A DNA stretch of 53,098 nucleotides, taken from Gemmatimonadota bacterium (GTDB taxonomy: Bacteria; Latescibacterota; UBA2968; UBA8231). The translations under genes were made by a program, and so were the position numbers. The notes under the pieces are model-generated. The model made no database searches, was not told the DNA's origin, and saw nothing but the letters and a program-made list of their open reading frames with translations. Of the stretch, positions 1-9,380 are shown one piece after another (positions within the stretch are counted from its first letter, which is position 1; every line of letters begins with the position of its first letter). The stretch is taken from positions 1 through 53,098 of the forward strand of contig JAYOYH010000033.1 of NCBI GenBank assembly GCA_038153405.1, in the 5' to 3' direction.

Positions 1-360
1 ATATCGCCGTCGACCAGCTATGTCCACGCGACGACGGGCATGGCCGGTACCGGACTGCGCGGCTTTGCCGACCTGCGCGAATACATCGACCGCTATCGCG
101 AGGAGTTCGTAGCCAAAGTGGAAGCGGTATCGGAACTGCGCCGCCGCCAGGCCGAGTCGGCTGTCGATTCGGAAGAGCGCCAGGAAATTATGGAGGCGCC
201 GCTCGATCCCAGCGAGTTACCCGCTTTTGCGCCGCCGCTGCCCGAACTGACGGCGTCGCTGGTCGATGTGCGCTCTGATCTGCTGGTGCTGGTCGCCCTC
301 AACGTAGCATTCTTTCTCGCTGCTCACGTGGCGTTTTTGCGCTACGACCTAATGCGCTGA
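1..360 (+). CDS. ABC transporter permease subunit, C-terminal part (5' end outside window)
   Basis: Reading frame open from the window start. It ends in a TM helix plus 'FLRYDL', paralogous to the C-terminus of the next permease (FLRTDI). Confidence 0.75.
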   Translation: MSPSTSYVHATTGMAGTGLRGFADLREYIDRYREEFVAKVEAVSELRRRQAESAVDSEERQEIMEAPLDPSELPAFAPPLPELTASLVDVRSDLLVLVALNVAFFLAAHVAFLRYDLMR

Positions 361-369
361 GAGACGGCT

Positions 370-1776
370 ATGCTGTGGATTATGGTGCGCAAGGAGTTGG
401 TGCAGAACCTATTGGAGCTGCGCTTTGTCGTATGCGCCGTGCTCTGCGTGGTGCTGGGTTCGCTGAGCGTCTTTGTGCTGCGCGCTGATCTAGCGGCCAA
501 ACGCATCGACTATAGCCAGAACCGCCAGCTCTACCAGCAGCAGGCCGAGGAGTACGGCAGCTACCGCGACCTCGACAATCTCGGCGTGCGCGTCGACCGG
601 CCGCCGCAGGATTTCCAGGTGCTGTTTTTCGGCATGGAAAAGACCACCGATCGCACGGCGCAGATCGGCGGCAACTTTCTGCCGGGTTTTGAGGGTAACT
701 TTACGACCAACCCCATGGTGCTCATGCTGCCGGTGGCCGATATGCTCTTTGTCGTCGGCGTCGTCCTCAGCCTGCTGGCATTTTTCATTTCGTACGATGC
801 GGTGGCCGGCGAGCGCGAGAGCGGTACGCTCAAGTTGCTGATGTCGTATTCGGTGCCGCGTGATTTGGTCATTCTCGCCAAGTGGATCGGCGGCTATATG
901 AGCTTGGCTCTGCCGTTCTTCACTTCGTTGGTATTGGCCGCTCTGCTCATTAACACGTCTGACGAGATTGTGTTTTCGCTGCAGGATTGGCAGGCCTTTA
1001 TCGTGTCGGGCTTCGTTTCGCTGGTGCTGATCGCCGTGATGTTTTCCATTGGGCTCATGGTCTCGGTGCTCGCTCGGCGCTCCTCGACCTCGATTTTTAG
1101 CCTGCTGGCCATCTGGGTTTTGCTGGCGCTGATCGTGCCCAATTCGGGTCCTTATTTGGCTGAGATCGTTGCACCCGTGCCCGACGTCGGCCAGGTACAG
1201 CGCATGATTGCCGAGCGCGCCAAAGCGCTCAACGATGCCTTCTTTTCCGAAATGCGCTCGATGCGGCGGGGCAATTTCCGCAATATGAGCCGCGAGGAGC
1301 GCGCCGCCGTGCGCCGCAAAATGGTCGAGGGCCGCGAAGTGTTGCAGCGCGATATCCACCGCATCACCGAGGAGATCGTGCGCGACTTTGAGCGCCAATT
1401 GAGCCACCAGGTCGACGTGGCGCGCAACCTAACGCGCCTCTCGCCGGTAGCCACTTATGTCTATGCCAATACGGACATTGGCGTCACCGGCGTGCGCCAC
1501 GAGCAAGAGCTGGTCGATGCGCTGCGCTCCTACCAACGCCAGTTTGCGCGCTACGTCGATGAGAAAATGGCCGAGAGCGGCAACGAGGGCATGTTTTGGG
1601 GTAGTAGTAACGACGAAGACTACGCAATTGACGATATGCCCGTGTTCAACTACCGCCCCGAAAATCTTGGCATGCGCCTGCAGGTGCGCTCGACTGATGT
1701 GCTGCTGTTGATCGTATTTGCCGTGCTGTTTTTCATGGTGGCCTTCGTTGCGTTTTTGCGCACCGATATAACCTGA
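370..1776 (+). CDS. ABC-2 type transporter permease subunit
   Basis: Motifs 'KELVQNLLELRF' and 'YDAVAGERESGTLKLLMSYSVPR..LAKW'; multiple TM helices. Confidence 0.88.
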   Translation: MLWIMVRKELVQNLLELRFVVCAVLCVVLGSLSVFVLRADLAAKRIDYSQNRQLYQQQAEEYGSYRDLDNLGVRVDRPPQDFQVLFFGMEKTTDRTAQIGGNFLPGFEGNFTTNPMVLMLPVADMLFVVGVVLSLLAFFISYDAVAGERESGTLKLLMSYSVPRDLVILAKWIGGYMSLALPFFTSLVLAALLINTSDEIVFSLQDWQAFIVSGFVSLVLIAVMFSIGLMVSVLARRSSTSIFSLLAIWVLLALIVPNSGPYLAEIVAPVPDVGQVQRMIAERAKALNDAFFSEMRSMRRGNFRNMSREERAAVRRKMVEGREVLQRDIHRITEEIVRDFERQLSHQVDVARNLTRLSPVATYVYANTDIGVTGVRHEQELVDALRSYQRQFARYVDEKMAESGNEGMFWGSSNDEDYAIDDMPVFNYRPENLGMRLQVRSTDVLLLIVFAVLFFMVAFVAFLRTDIT

Positions 1777-1808
1777 GCCAGTCGCCGTCAGTGACGGAGG
1801 AGAACAAA

Positions 1809-2213
1809 ATGAAAAAGGTGAGTTGGATCTTGTTTATGGCGCTCATTGCGTGGGCTGCATACGTGCAGGCGCAGGGCGGCGGCAATCGCGGCCGCGGGCG
1901 CGGCGGCGCGCCGCTGGCCACGCTTGACCGCGACTGGGCGTTGATCTGCTTTGAGCTCAACGTGGGTGGCGACCAGCTGAAGGCGCTGCAGTATGCCTTT
2001 CAGGACGCATGGGACCAGCGCAAGGAGCTGACGAGGGGGATGGCCAGCGATCCGCAGGCGGCCATGGAAAAGGTCAACGCGGTGCAAGGTAAATTGGATG
2101 GGGCGGTGATCAATACCCTCAGCAAAGAGCAGTTCGAGCTATTTGAAAGCCTCAAGCTGCGCTCCGGCGGCGATGGCGGCGGTGGCGGACGCGGGGGAGG
2201 CCGAGGGCGCTAA
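1809..2213 (+). CDS. Small secreted helical protein with Gly/Arg-rich ends
   Basis: ATG at 1809 after a GGAG RBS; signal peptide MKKVSWILFMALIAWAAYVQA; sits inside the ABC operon. Confidence 0.7.
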   Translation: MKKVSWILFMALIAWAAYVQAQGGGNRGRGRGGAPLATLDRDWALICFELNVGGDQLKALQYAFQDAWDQRKELTRGMASDPQAAMEKVNAVQGKLDGAVINTLSKEQFELFESLKLRSGGDGGGGGRGGGRGR

Positions 2214-2214
2214 G

Positions 2215-2940
2215 ATGCTGGAGATCATCAACCTCAGCAAGCACTACGGTGCGGTCAAAGCGGTGCGCGAGCTCAACCTAGTGGTGGCTAAGGGTGAGAT
2301 TTTTTGCATGCTCGGAGCCAACGGCGCTGGCAAAACGACGACGCTGATGGTTGCACTGGGCTTTACCGAACCGACGGAAGGCACGGTGTGCATCTGCGGC
2401 ATCGACGTGACGCAGGAACCGCTGCGCGCCAAGCAGCACGTGGCTTACGTATCGGAAAACGTCATGCTGTACGGGAACTTTACCGCTCGTCAGAACCTCG
2501 ACTTTTTCGCCCGTTTGGGAGGGCGCAATGAGGTGAGCGATGCCGACTGCGAGGGCGTGCTAACGCGCGTGGGGCTGCAGGCCGATGCATTCGATCGGCG
2601 CGTAAAAGGCTTTTCCAAAGGTATGCGACAAAAGCTCGGTATTGCCATCGCCATTATGAAAGACGCCGAAGTGATTTTGCTCGACGAACCAACCAGTGGT
2701 CTCGATCCCAAATCGGGCGCCGAGTTTCTCCAACTGCTGGCGGAACTGCGCGTCGAAGGCAAGGCCATTTGGATGACGACGCACGATATCTTTCGCGCCA
2801 AAGAGGTCGCCGACCGCGTGGGCATTATGTCAGGTGGCCAGCTCGTTCGCCTCCTGACGCGCGAAGAACTGGAGCGGGAAGATTTGGAAACGCTCTACGT
2901 CAGCTACGTCTCGCAGCCGTCCAGCGAAGTAGAGAGATAG
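2215..2940 (+). CDS. ABC transporter ATP-binding protein
   Basis: Walker A GANGAGKTT, signature FSKGMRQK, Walker B ILLDEP, H-loop TTHD; ATG at 2215 immediately after the upstream stop. Confidence 0.95.
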   Translation: MLEIINLSKHYGAVKAVRELNLVVAKGEIFCMLGANGAGKTTTLMVALGFTEPTEGTVCICGIDVTQEPLRAKQHVAYVSENVMLYGNFTARQNLDFFARLGGRNEVSDADCEGVLTRVGLQADAFDRRVKGFSKGMRQKLGIAIAIMKDAEVILLDEPTSGLDPKSGAEFLQLLAELRVEGKAIWMTTHDIFRAKEVADRVGIMSGGQLVRLLTREELEREDLETLYVSYVSQPSSEVER

Positions 2941-3143
2941 CGGATTGCAGCCCGAATTTATCATAATTCAACCAAAGTGGTCTATTTTTGCTTGCCTCAA
3001 TTTTTATATGCTGTTGTCGCTGTATTTTAGCTTACGCGGTCTCCTCCGATTCATATATTTACACATAGTTTAGTCTGGTCTCCGCTGTGCCGGTGCGCAC
3101 GGCGACGATCAGTATACAGGGCGCGCCGAGACTGCAGGTACGC

Positions 3144-5726
3144 ATGAATAAGTTCGCTAGCGATGGTCTTTCGCAGCTGCAAAACCACAGTCATATCGCC
3201 GCCAACACTTGGCGCCAGTGGTGCAAATTACTCGAACTCAACCCGCAAGACGTAGTGGATGTTTGGGAAGAGATATGCTACCCGATCGTGTTGATCACGC
3301 GCCAGGTGCCCGACGTACCCTACCTCCTGCAGATGCGCGCGATACGCATGGATGTCGACATCGACACCTTTCGCGCCGAAACGCCCAAAGTCCTCCACTG
3401 CATCCACTTTATCCAGTCGCTGCACGATGCTCGCTTGAGCGGCGGCAAATTCAAGAACGCGCTGCTCAAGTTCTATCGCAGGGTGTGCATGAGAACTGAA
3501 CTCCATGCAGCGTGCGGTGTTGCCGAGCGCTTTGTCCTCGACCTGTGCGCTTCCATCTTGGTGGCGAAGGCCTTATCGCACGCTAATATCAATTTGGTTG
3601 GCGTTATAAAACCCTTTGTCGAGGGGCGCAACAATATCGATCAAATTATCAAACTGGGCCTTAAGGCGCTGGGCGAACAATCCTATGCGGCCAGCATGCG
3701 CCAGTGCTTGGAGGAACGCCAGATTTATCTCGAGGAGGTCGACTCACGAGTAGAAGGTCTGCCCGGTCGACTGGATCGCGACCTACAAAGCGAAGAGGTT
3801 TACGCAGAGGAAGAGGAAGAGGAAGAGGAAGAGGAAGAGGAGTTCGAGGACGACGAAGACGAGGACGACGACGAGTACGAGGAGGAGGACGACGACGACG
3901 AGGATGATGAATACGATGGCGACGATGAACCGGAAGGCGGTGCACGGGTAGGTCAGGTCGTGAGGTCGCTCGACGCCTTTATTGCCCATTTCAAGTCCTC
4001 GCTGTACAAGGTGTACGAATCTGAAGCGGATGCCGCACGGGCAGAGTGCGAAGGCGACGAAGGGCAAAAGAAAAAAGTCGAATTTTTGCTCGATGTGCGC
4101 CTAAAGGCGCTGGCCTCCTTTGAGCCCATGCGGTCTGTGGTGCCGACCGTTGCAGAGGCGCAGGTGGTTGCAAGGCGCGCAGAGGTAGCGCGCAATCCGG
4201 TCATTCGCAAGAGCGTAGGTGCGGGTGGTAGCGGAGCAGGTAGCGTCAGCAGCGCGCCGCTGAAGGGTGACGATCGCAAGGCTATGCTCGTGCGCAGCGC
4301 CGCGAATAAACCCAAGAGCCCAGCGCCGGCGAATTTGCCTTCTCTGCCTGGTTTGCCGGTCAGCGATGAGGGCGAGGGCTTTATCGAGACGGGTTATCAG
4401 AGTGAGCACATTGATGTCGCATCGGCCGATATGGCCGAGCTCGAGGACGTTGCCCTGGCGGAGGTCGGCAGCAAAGCCAAGGAAATCGGCAAGCTACTCG
4501 CTTCTATCGAGCCGCTCGATCAGCACATATGGGCCGTTCTCGTTGACCCAGCGTCGGCTGTGGACGACCTGCAGGCCATGGCGCGCATGGTGGGCACGGA
4601 AGGTACGAGTGCCAACAAGGCCTATAACAACATCAAGCAAGTGGCCTGCTATTTGAAGGTCAAGGACATGCTACACGTCCCTGCCGGCGGCGTGCAGCGC
4701 GATCACCACTTCATGGTCGAAGTGCGCGCCTTTATGAATGCGATGGGACACAGTCGATCGCTGGATGCCAATAGCCGGCAGTTGACCCCCCTAATTCCCA
4801 TACTCGACCACGCGGGCGCGGCGCTAATGCGCCTGGAAGCGCTGCGCGTCAACTTCAACTTTTCCCGAGACTTTCCCGACCAGTATACGCACGAGTCTGT
4901 GACGACCTATTACGAAGAGGCGCTGCGCGCGCTAACCGATCAGGTCGGACACGAACTGCGCGGCCAGGCGCGGGAAAAAGCTGATGCGGATACGGTAGCT
5001 ATGTTAGAGGCATTTCGCGCCGCGCGTTTTGCCGAAGAGCTAGTCAAACAGAGCTGCGACTATATGGCCTGCCTAAATGCGGATGGTCGCCTTGGTGACC
5101 TGGCCGATTTTCAGTTGGCCTGCAGCGAAGAGCCACTCGAATTTGCCGACGTCAACGAGGTGGGCAAACTGGGTGACGTGCCCCCCGAAGAACTGGTGTC
5201 GCAGGGTATTGGCGAAGTGTTTGACGCGGCCTGTGGCTATGCCATTAGCGAGGCGTGGAAGGTTATGGAGAACGTGCACCAACCCCAAAACGTCGCTGTG
5301 CGCATCCGTGCAGGCCTGCGCGAAATACTGGTCGGCGCGCTAGTCGTGGCGCCGGAGGCAAAGCGCCACCAGGAAAAGCCGGCATTCGCCCTAAAGGTGA
5401 CCAGTCTCGAGAAGCTGACGGGTAACAACAATCTCAAGGATTTCTTCGTGCGCGTTGACGATGGCGGTCAGGTGGCTTATATAGATGGCTTCGAGAGCGG
5501 AGACTATGTCGACCTCTTTGAGCTGCGCGAATACAAGCCGATGCGCCTGCACGCGGCAACCCAAAAGCACAAGGAAGAGAGCGGTTCCGAACAATTGCAA
5601 ACGGGGCGCAAATATCTCTTCACCGTGGGTCGCACGCGAAAGCTTTTTTGTGAAAATCCCGGTGCTTTAGTCAACGGGTGTATCCGCGCCGAAGGGGGAG
5701 GTCCGAAGGTCTTTCCAATTTTTTAA
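3144..5726 (+). CDS. Large hypothetical protein (~860 aa) with a ~50-residue Asp/Glu tract
   Basis: Long uninterrupted ORF after an AT-rich intergenic region. No family recognised. Start uncertain (GTG 3087 or ATG 3144). Confidence 0.75.
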   Translation: MNKFASDGLSQLQNHSHIAANTWRQWCKLLELNPQDVVDVWEEICYPIVLITRQVPDVPYLLQMRAIRMDVDIDTFRAETPKVLHCIHFIQSLHDARLSGGKFKNALLKFYRRVCMRTELHAACGVAERFVLDLCASILVAKALSHANINLVGVIKPFVEGRNNIDQIIKLGLKALGEQSYAASMRQCLEERQIYLEEVDSRVEGLPGRLDRDLQSEEVYAEEEEEEEEEEEEFEDDEDEDDDEYEEEDDDDEDDEYDGDDEPEGGARVGQVVRSLDAFIAHFKSSLYKVYESEADAARAECEGDEGQKKKVEFLLDVRLKALASFEPMRSVVPTVAEAQVVARRAEVARNPVIRKSVGAGGSGAGSVSSAPLKGDDRKAMLVRSAANKPKSPAPANLPSLPGLPVSDEGEGFIETGYQSEHIDVASADMAELEDVALAEVGSKAKEIGKLLASIEPLDQHIWAVLVDPASAVDDLQAMARMVGTEGTSANKAYNNIKQVACYLKVKDMLHVPAGGVQRDHHFMVEVRAFMNAMGHSRSLDANSRQLTPLIPILDHAGAALMRLEALRVNFNFSRDFPDQYTHESVTTYYEEALRALTDQVGHELRGQAREKADADTVAMLEAFRAARFAEELVKQSCDYMACLNADGRLGDLADFQLACSEEPLEFADVNEVGKLGDVPPEELVSQGIGEVFDAACGYAISEAWKVMENVHQPQNVAVRIRAGLREILVGALVVAPEAKRHQEKPAFALKVTSLEKLTGNNNLKDFFVRVDDGGQVAYIDGFESGDYVDLFELREYKPMRLHAATQKHKEESGSEQLQTGRKYLFTVGRTRKLFCENPGALVNGCIRAEGGGPKVFPIF
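3807..3842 (+). repeat. (GAGGAA)5-GAGGAG hexanucleotide repeat encoding a run of 12 Glu
   Basis: Read directly from the sequence; in frame within the ORFan. Confidence 0.9.
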
Positions 5727-5754
5727 TCAGCAACACAGTACAGAAGGGATAGGT

Positions 5755-6807
5755 ATGGCAGAACAAACGGGATTTGCCGTGGTCGGCCTGGGCATGGGGC
5801 GCCATCACTGCAAGGCGATAGCCGCCGCCCCCGGTGCGCGCCTGGTCGCCGTGTGCGATAGCGACCCAGGGCGGCTGGAGCCGACGGCCAGTGAATACGG
5901 CTGCAAGGCCTACGCCGATTTCGCCGAGCTATTGGCCGATGACCAGGTGCAGGTGGTCAATATTGCCACTCCGTCGGGCATGCACGCGGAAATGGGGATT
6001 CAGGCGGCGGCCGCCGGCAAGCATATGATCGTCGAGAAGCCAGCCGATATAAAGCCCGAGCGCGTCGATCAGCTCATCGCCGCCGGCAAGGAGCACGGCG
6101 TCAAAATCGCCGGCATTTTTCAAGCGCGTTTGGATCCGCTCAATATACGCATTCGCGATGCGATTCAGGGCGGGCGCTTGGGCGAGCTGATCGGGGTCCA
6201 TGGCCACCTACCTTGGTATCGCAAGCAGAGCTATTACGAGGGGCCGCACGGCCAGTGGAAGGGCACTTGGAATATGGACGGCGGTGGATCGCTGATGAAC
6301 CAGGGCGTGCATACCGTCGACCTGCTCCAGTGGCTAGCCGGTCCGGTCGACTCGGTGGTCGGCATGTACGGCATTTTTGGTCACGAAATCGAAGCCGAAG
6401 ACCAGAGCGCAGCCGTACTGCGCTTTAAAAACGGTGCCCTGGGCACGCTCTACACGACGACCTGCTGCTATCCTGGCTACGACCAGCGCATCACTATCTA
6501 CGGATCGGAGGGGTCGGTTTCCAAGATCCACAGCGAACTCGAAGGCTGGAAGCTGATGGGCGATGCGGAGGGTGCAGAGGAGAAGGAACTGCTCGCACTC
6601 TACGGGGCCAATAAGGATGTCAGTGGTTCGTCCGAACCTATGGCCGTTGGCTTTGATGGCCATACGCAGATCGTCGTCGATATGTACGAAGCGCTGGCCG
6701 AGGGGCGCGATCCACTCATAACGCTCGATAGTGCGCGCCACGCCGTGGAGATTATCAACGGCATCTACGAGTCGGCGCGCAGCGGCAGACAAGTGAAACT
6801 GGGATAG
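5755..6807 (+). CDS. Gfo/Idh/MocA family oxidoreductase
   Basis: Rossmann 'AVVGLGMG', 'VEKP', 'GGGSLMNQGVHTVD'. Confidence 0.93.
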   Translation: MAEQTGFAVVGLGMGRHHCKAIAAAPGARLVAVCDSDPGRLEPTASEYGCKAYADFAELLADDQVQVVNIATPSGMHAEMGIQAAAAGKHMIVEKPADIKPERVDQLIAAGKEHGVKIAGIFQARLDPLNIRIRDAIQGGRLGELIGVHGHLPWYRKQSYYEGPHGQWKGTWNMDGGGSLMNQGVHTVDLLQWLAGPVDSVVGMYGIFGHEIEAEDQSAAVLRFKNGALGTLYTTTCCYPGYDQRITIYGSEGSVSKIHSELEGWKLMGDAEGAEEKELLALYGANKDVSGSSEPMAVGFDGHTQIVVDMYEALAEGRDPLITLDSARHAVEIINGIYESARSGRQVKLG

Positions 6808-6814
6808 GGACACC

Positions 6815-7795
6815 ATGGCACATCACGATTTTTCACCAAAACACTACCATACCACTATTGGCTGGCACGAGCCCGTGCTGCGCATTGTGCCGGGCGATTC
6901 GGTCAGCACGACGACCGTCGATGCGCGCGGACGCGACGCCAGCGGTGAGCAGGTCACGGAGCGCGGAAATCCCATGACGGGGCCCTTCTACGTCGAGGGG
7001 GCCGAAGAGGGCGACGCGCTGGTCGTGACATTTGACAAGCTGTGGCCCAATAGAGACTGGGGCTGGACCGGATTGGCGGTGGCGTCCAACGTCCTCGATC
7101 CGGGCTTTGTATCCGGCGTACAGGCGCCCGGCGATATGCACATGATCACTTCGCACTATCCCGATGGCAGCCAAAGCAGCGATCCGGTCTGCCGTTGGGA
7201 CGTAGATCTGGAAGCCGGCACAGTGCACTTGGCCAAGCCGCAGACCCGCCTCGAGGGAATGGTTTTGCCCATCGCGCCGATGTTGGGTTGCTTTGGCGTG
7301 GCGCCGCCCAGAGGTCAGGCTATTTCCACGGCGACCTCGTCGACCTTTGGCGGCAATATGGACTATCGCGGCTTTGTGCAGGGCGTGAAAGTTTACCTTC
7401 CGGTATCGGCGCCGGGCGCGCTCTTCCACCTGGGCGATGGGCACGCCGTGCAGGGCGACGGCGAGATTGTCGGCACCGGTGTCGAGATCTCTTTTGACGT
7501 CACTTTTAGCGTCGACTTGGTCAAGAATGCCGGCGTCGGCTGGCCGCGCGGCGAAAACGAAACCCATATTTTTACTGCGGGCAATGCTCGGCCGCTAGAC
7601 CAGTGCGTGCAGCACGCGACGAGCGAAATGCTGCGCTGGTTGGAGGGCGATTTCGGATTGGATGCGGTCAGCGCACACCAGCTGCTCGGCCAGTGCGTCG
7701 AGTACGATATGGGTAACGTCTTCGACCCGGCCTATACGATGGTGTGCAAGATGCGCAAGGATCTGCTGGCGCATCTGGGCGTCCAGTTCGCGTAG
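6815..7795 (+). CDS. Acetamidase/formamidase family protein
   Basis: Motifs 'NPMTGPFYVEGAEEGD', 'GGNMD', 'GDGHAVQGDGEI.GTGVE'. Confidence 0.9.
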   Translation: MAHHDFSPKHYHTTIGWHEPVLRIVPGDSVSTTTVDARGRDASGEQVTERGNPMTGPFYVEGAEEGDALVVTFDKLWPNRDWGWTGLAVASNVLDPGFVSGVQAPGDMHMITSHYPDGSQSSDPVCRWDVDLEAGTVHLAKPQTRLEGMVLPIAPMLGCFGVAPPRGQAISTATSSTFGGNMDYRGFVQGVKVYLPVSAPGALFHLGDGHAVQGDGEIVGTGVEISFDVTFSVDLVKNAGVGWPRGENETHIFTAGNARPLDQCVQHATSEMLRWLEGDFGLDAVSAHQLLGQCVEYDMGNVFDPAYTMVCKMRKDLLAHLGVQFA

Positions 7796-7817
7796 GTCAA
7801 TTGCTTGTAAACGGGTG

Positions 7818-7859
7818 AAAACGCCCCGGTCGCCCAAGCGGCGGCCGGGGCGTTTTTTT
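7818..7859. terminator. Intrinsic terminator, probably bidirectional
   Basis: AAAACGCCCCGGTCGCC-caagc-GGCGGCCGGGGCGTTTT hairpin with T-tract, between convergent genes. Confidence 0.85.
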
Positions 7860-9372
7860 ATAGATCGCCGAGTGAGTCGAGCCCTTCAGGTGCGGGCAAG
7901 ACGTAGCGTATGGGCTGGATTTGACCGTCGCGTCGCCGCACCTGCTCGACGCGCTTGCACTTGAGCACGGAGTGCTCGATAAAGACATCGTCATCGACCT
8001 GACAGCCGTAGAGGTACGACGTGCCCTTGATGGTGACGCGGCGGCCGATGCGCATGGGATGTTGGTCGCTGCCGGTCAGTATGACGCCCGACTCAATGCG
8101 CGCATCCTCGCCGATCTGGAGGTCGCCCTTAATAATGTCGCGGTTGAGAACGGCGACGCGATCGCCGAGAATCAAGCGCTGGTGCGGATAGGTGCTTAGC
8201 TCGACGCTGCTGCCGATCAATACGTCTTCCCCGAGCTCGACATGGCCGCTTAGGTGGCTGCGGTCGCCGATGCGCACGCGGCGATTGAGGCGCACCTGCG
8301 GCCCGATGTGCACGCCCTTGCCGACTACGATGTCGAGCGGACCGCGGTCGCGATCTAGGGCGAGAATGTGCTCAATGACTTCTTCGGCGATAAAAAAATC
8401 TTCGTCATCGGCAATGGTGATGGTGTCTTTGAGGCGATCGTAGGCCCACTGACGGGCGATGCGCTGCATTTGGCTAAGCACGCTTTTGACGTTGAAGGCG
8501 AGAATTTCTTCTTCGCGTGCTGCAATGGTCGCGCGCACGACGAGGGCTTGGCGGTTAAAGATGTGCACCAGATCGGTGAGCATGACCTCGCCCTGCGCGT
8601 TGTCGGTGTCGACTTCTTCGATATGGCGGCGCAGCGCATGCTCTTTAAAGGCGAAGACCCCGGTGTTGATTTCGCGCGTTTCTAGCAGCTGATCGCGGGT
8701 CAACTCGTAGGTGCGTCCGTTGTACTGAACCCGGTGAGCGGCTCCTTCTTCAAGGCGGAGAATATCCTTGTGCTCTATGATTTCGATCACCTTGCCCTCA
8801 TCCTCGCCCGACGACTCGCCGCTGGTATCGCATGCCGGAACGCGCACGATGCGCCCGTAGTAGTTTTCTCGATGCGGTCCGCTATAGGAGCCGGTGAGGA
8901 CCATCATATCGCAGGCGGACTGTTCAAAACTGCGGCGAAACTGCGCGGCAACTTCGCCGGTGAGCAGGCCCATATCGCCGAGGAAAATGTAGATGTCGCG
9001 CTCTTGAGGTAAGGGGGCAAACTCGTCGAGAGCGACGCGCACGGCATCGCCGGTGCCGGCGGGCAGGCCGAGAACGGGATTTTCCTGATAGGCAAAGCGG
9101 CGGCCGACCTGACGGCCAGTTGCCTCGGCCACATCCAGTCCCTTAATGCCGACGACGATGATCTGGTTGGGGCTGTCGAGGCCCTTCTGTATGGCTTTGG
9201 CTACGCGCAGCACGGTTGTTTCACCCCATATTTCGTGCAGCATCTTCGACGTTTCGGAGCGGATGCGCTTGCCGTGGCCGGCCGCTAATACGATGCCGAT
9301 TCTCGGGGTTGCGTCGACGAGTTCGCTGCTGAGCTGTGCGAGCTGTGCGCGCGTCTGGCTTTGCATGGGCAT
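7858..9372 (-). CDS. GlmU-like nucleotidyltransferase with C-terminal hexapeptide (LbH) repeats
   Basis: 'VLAAGHGKRIRSETSKMLH', 'GTGDAV', 'EINTGVFAF', 'DNAQGE..LTD', then hexapeptide repeats. Confidence 0.8.
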   Translation of the reverse strand: MPMQSQTRAQLAQLSSELVDATPRIGIVLAAGHGKRIRSETSKMLHEIWGETTVLRVAKAIQKGLDSPNQIIVVGIKGLDVAEATGRQVGRRFAYQENPVLGLPAGTGDAVRVALDEFAPLPQERDIYIFLGDMGLLTGEVAAQFRRSFEQSACDMMVLTGSYSGPHRENYYGRIVRVPACDTSGESSGEDEGKVIEIIEHKDILRLEEGAAHRVQYNGRTYELTRDQLLETREINTGVFAFKEHALRRHIEEVDTDNAQGEVMLTDLVHIFNRQALVVRATIAAREEEILAFNVKSVLSQMQRIARQWAYDRLKDTITIADDEDFFIAEEVIEHILALDRDRGPLDIVVGKGVHIGPQVRLNRRVRIGDRSHLSGHVELGEDVLIGSSVELSTYPHQRLILGDRVAVLNRDIIKGDLQIGEDARIESGVILTGSDQHPMRIGRRVTIKGTSYLYGCQVDDDVFIEHSVLKCKRVEQVRRRDGQIQPIRYVLPAPEGLDSLGDL

Positions 9373-9380
9373 GATCTTCC

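Noticed and set aside
490..1407. Long antisense or alternate-frame ORFs (e.g. 490-1407, 13285-14094, 27540-28397, 50606-51439)
   Set aside because: Typical shadow ORFs of high-GC coding DNA, overlapping well-supported genes and lacking motifs.
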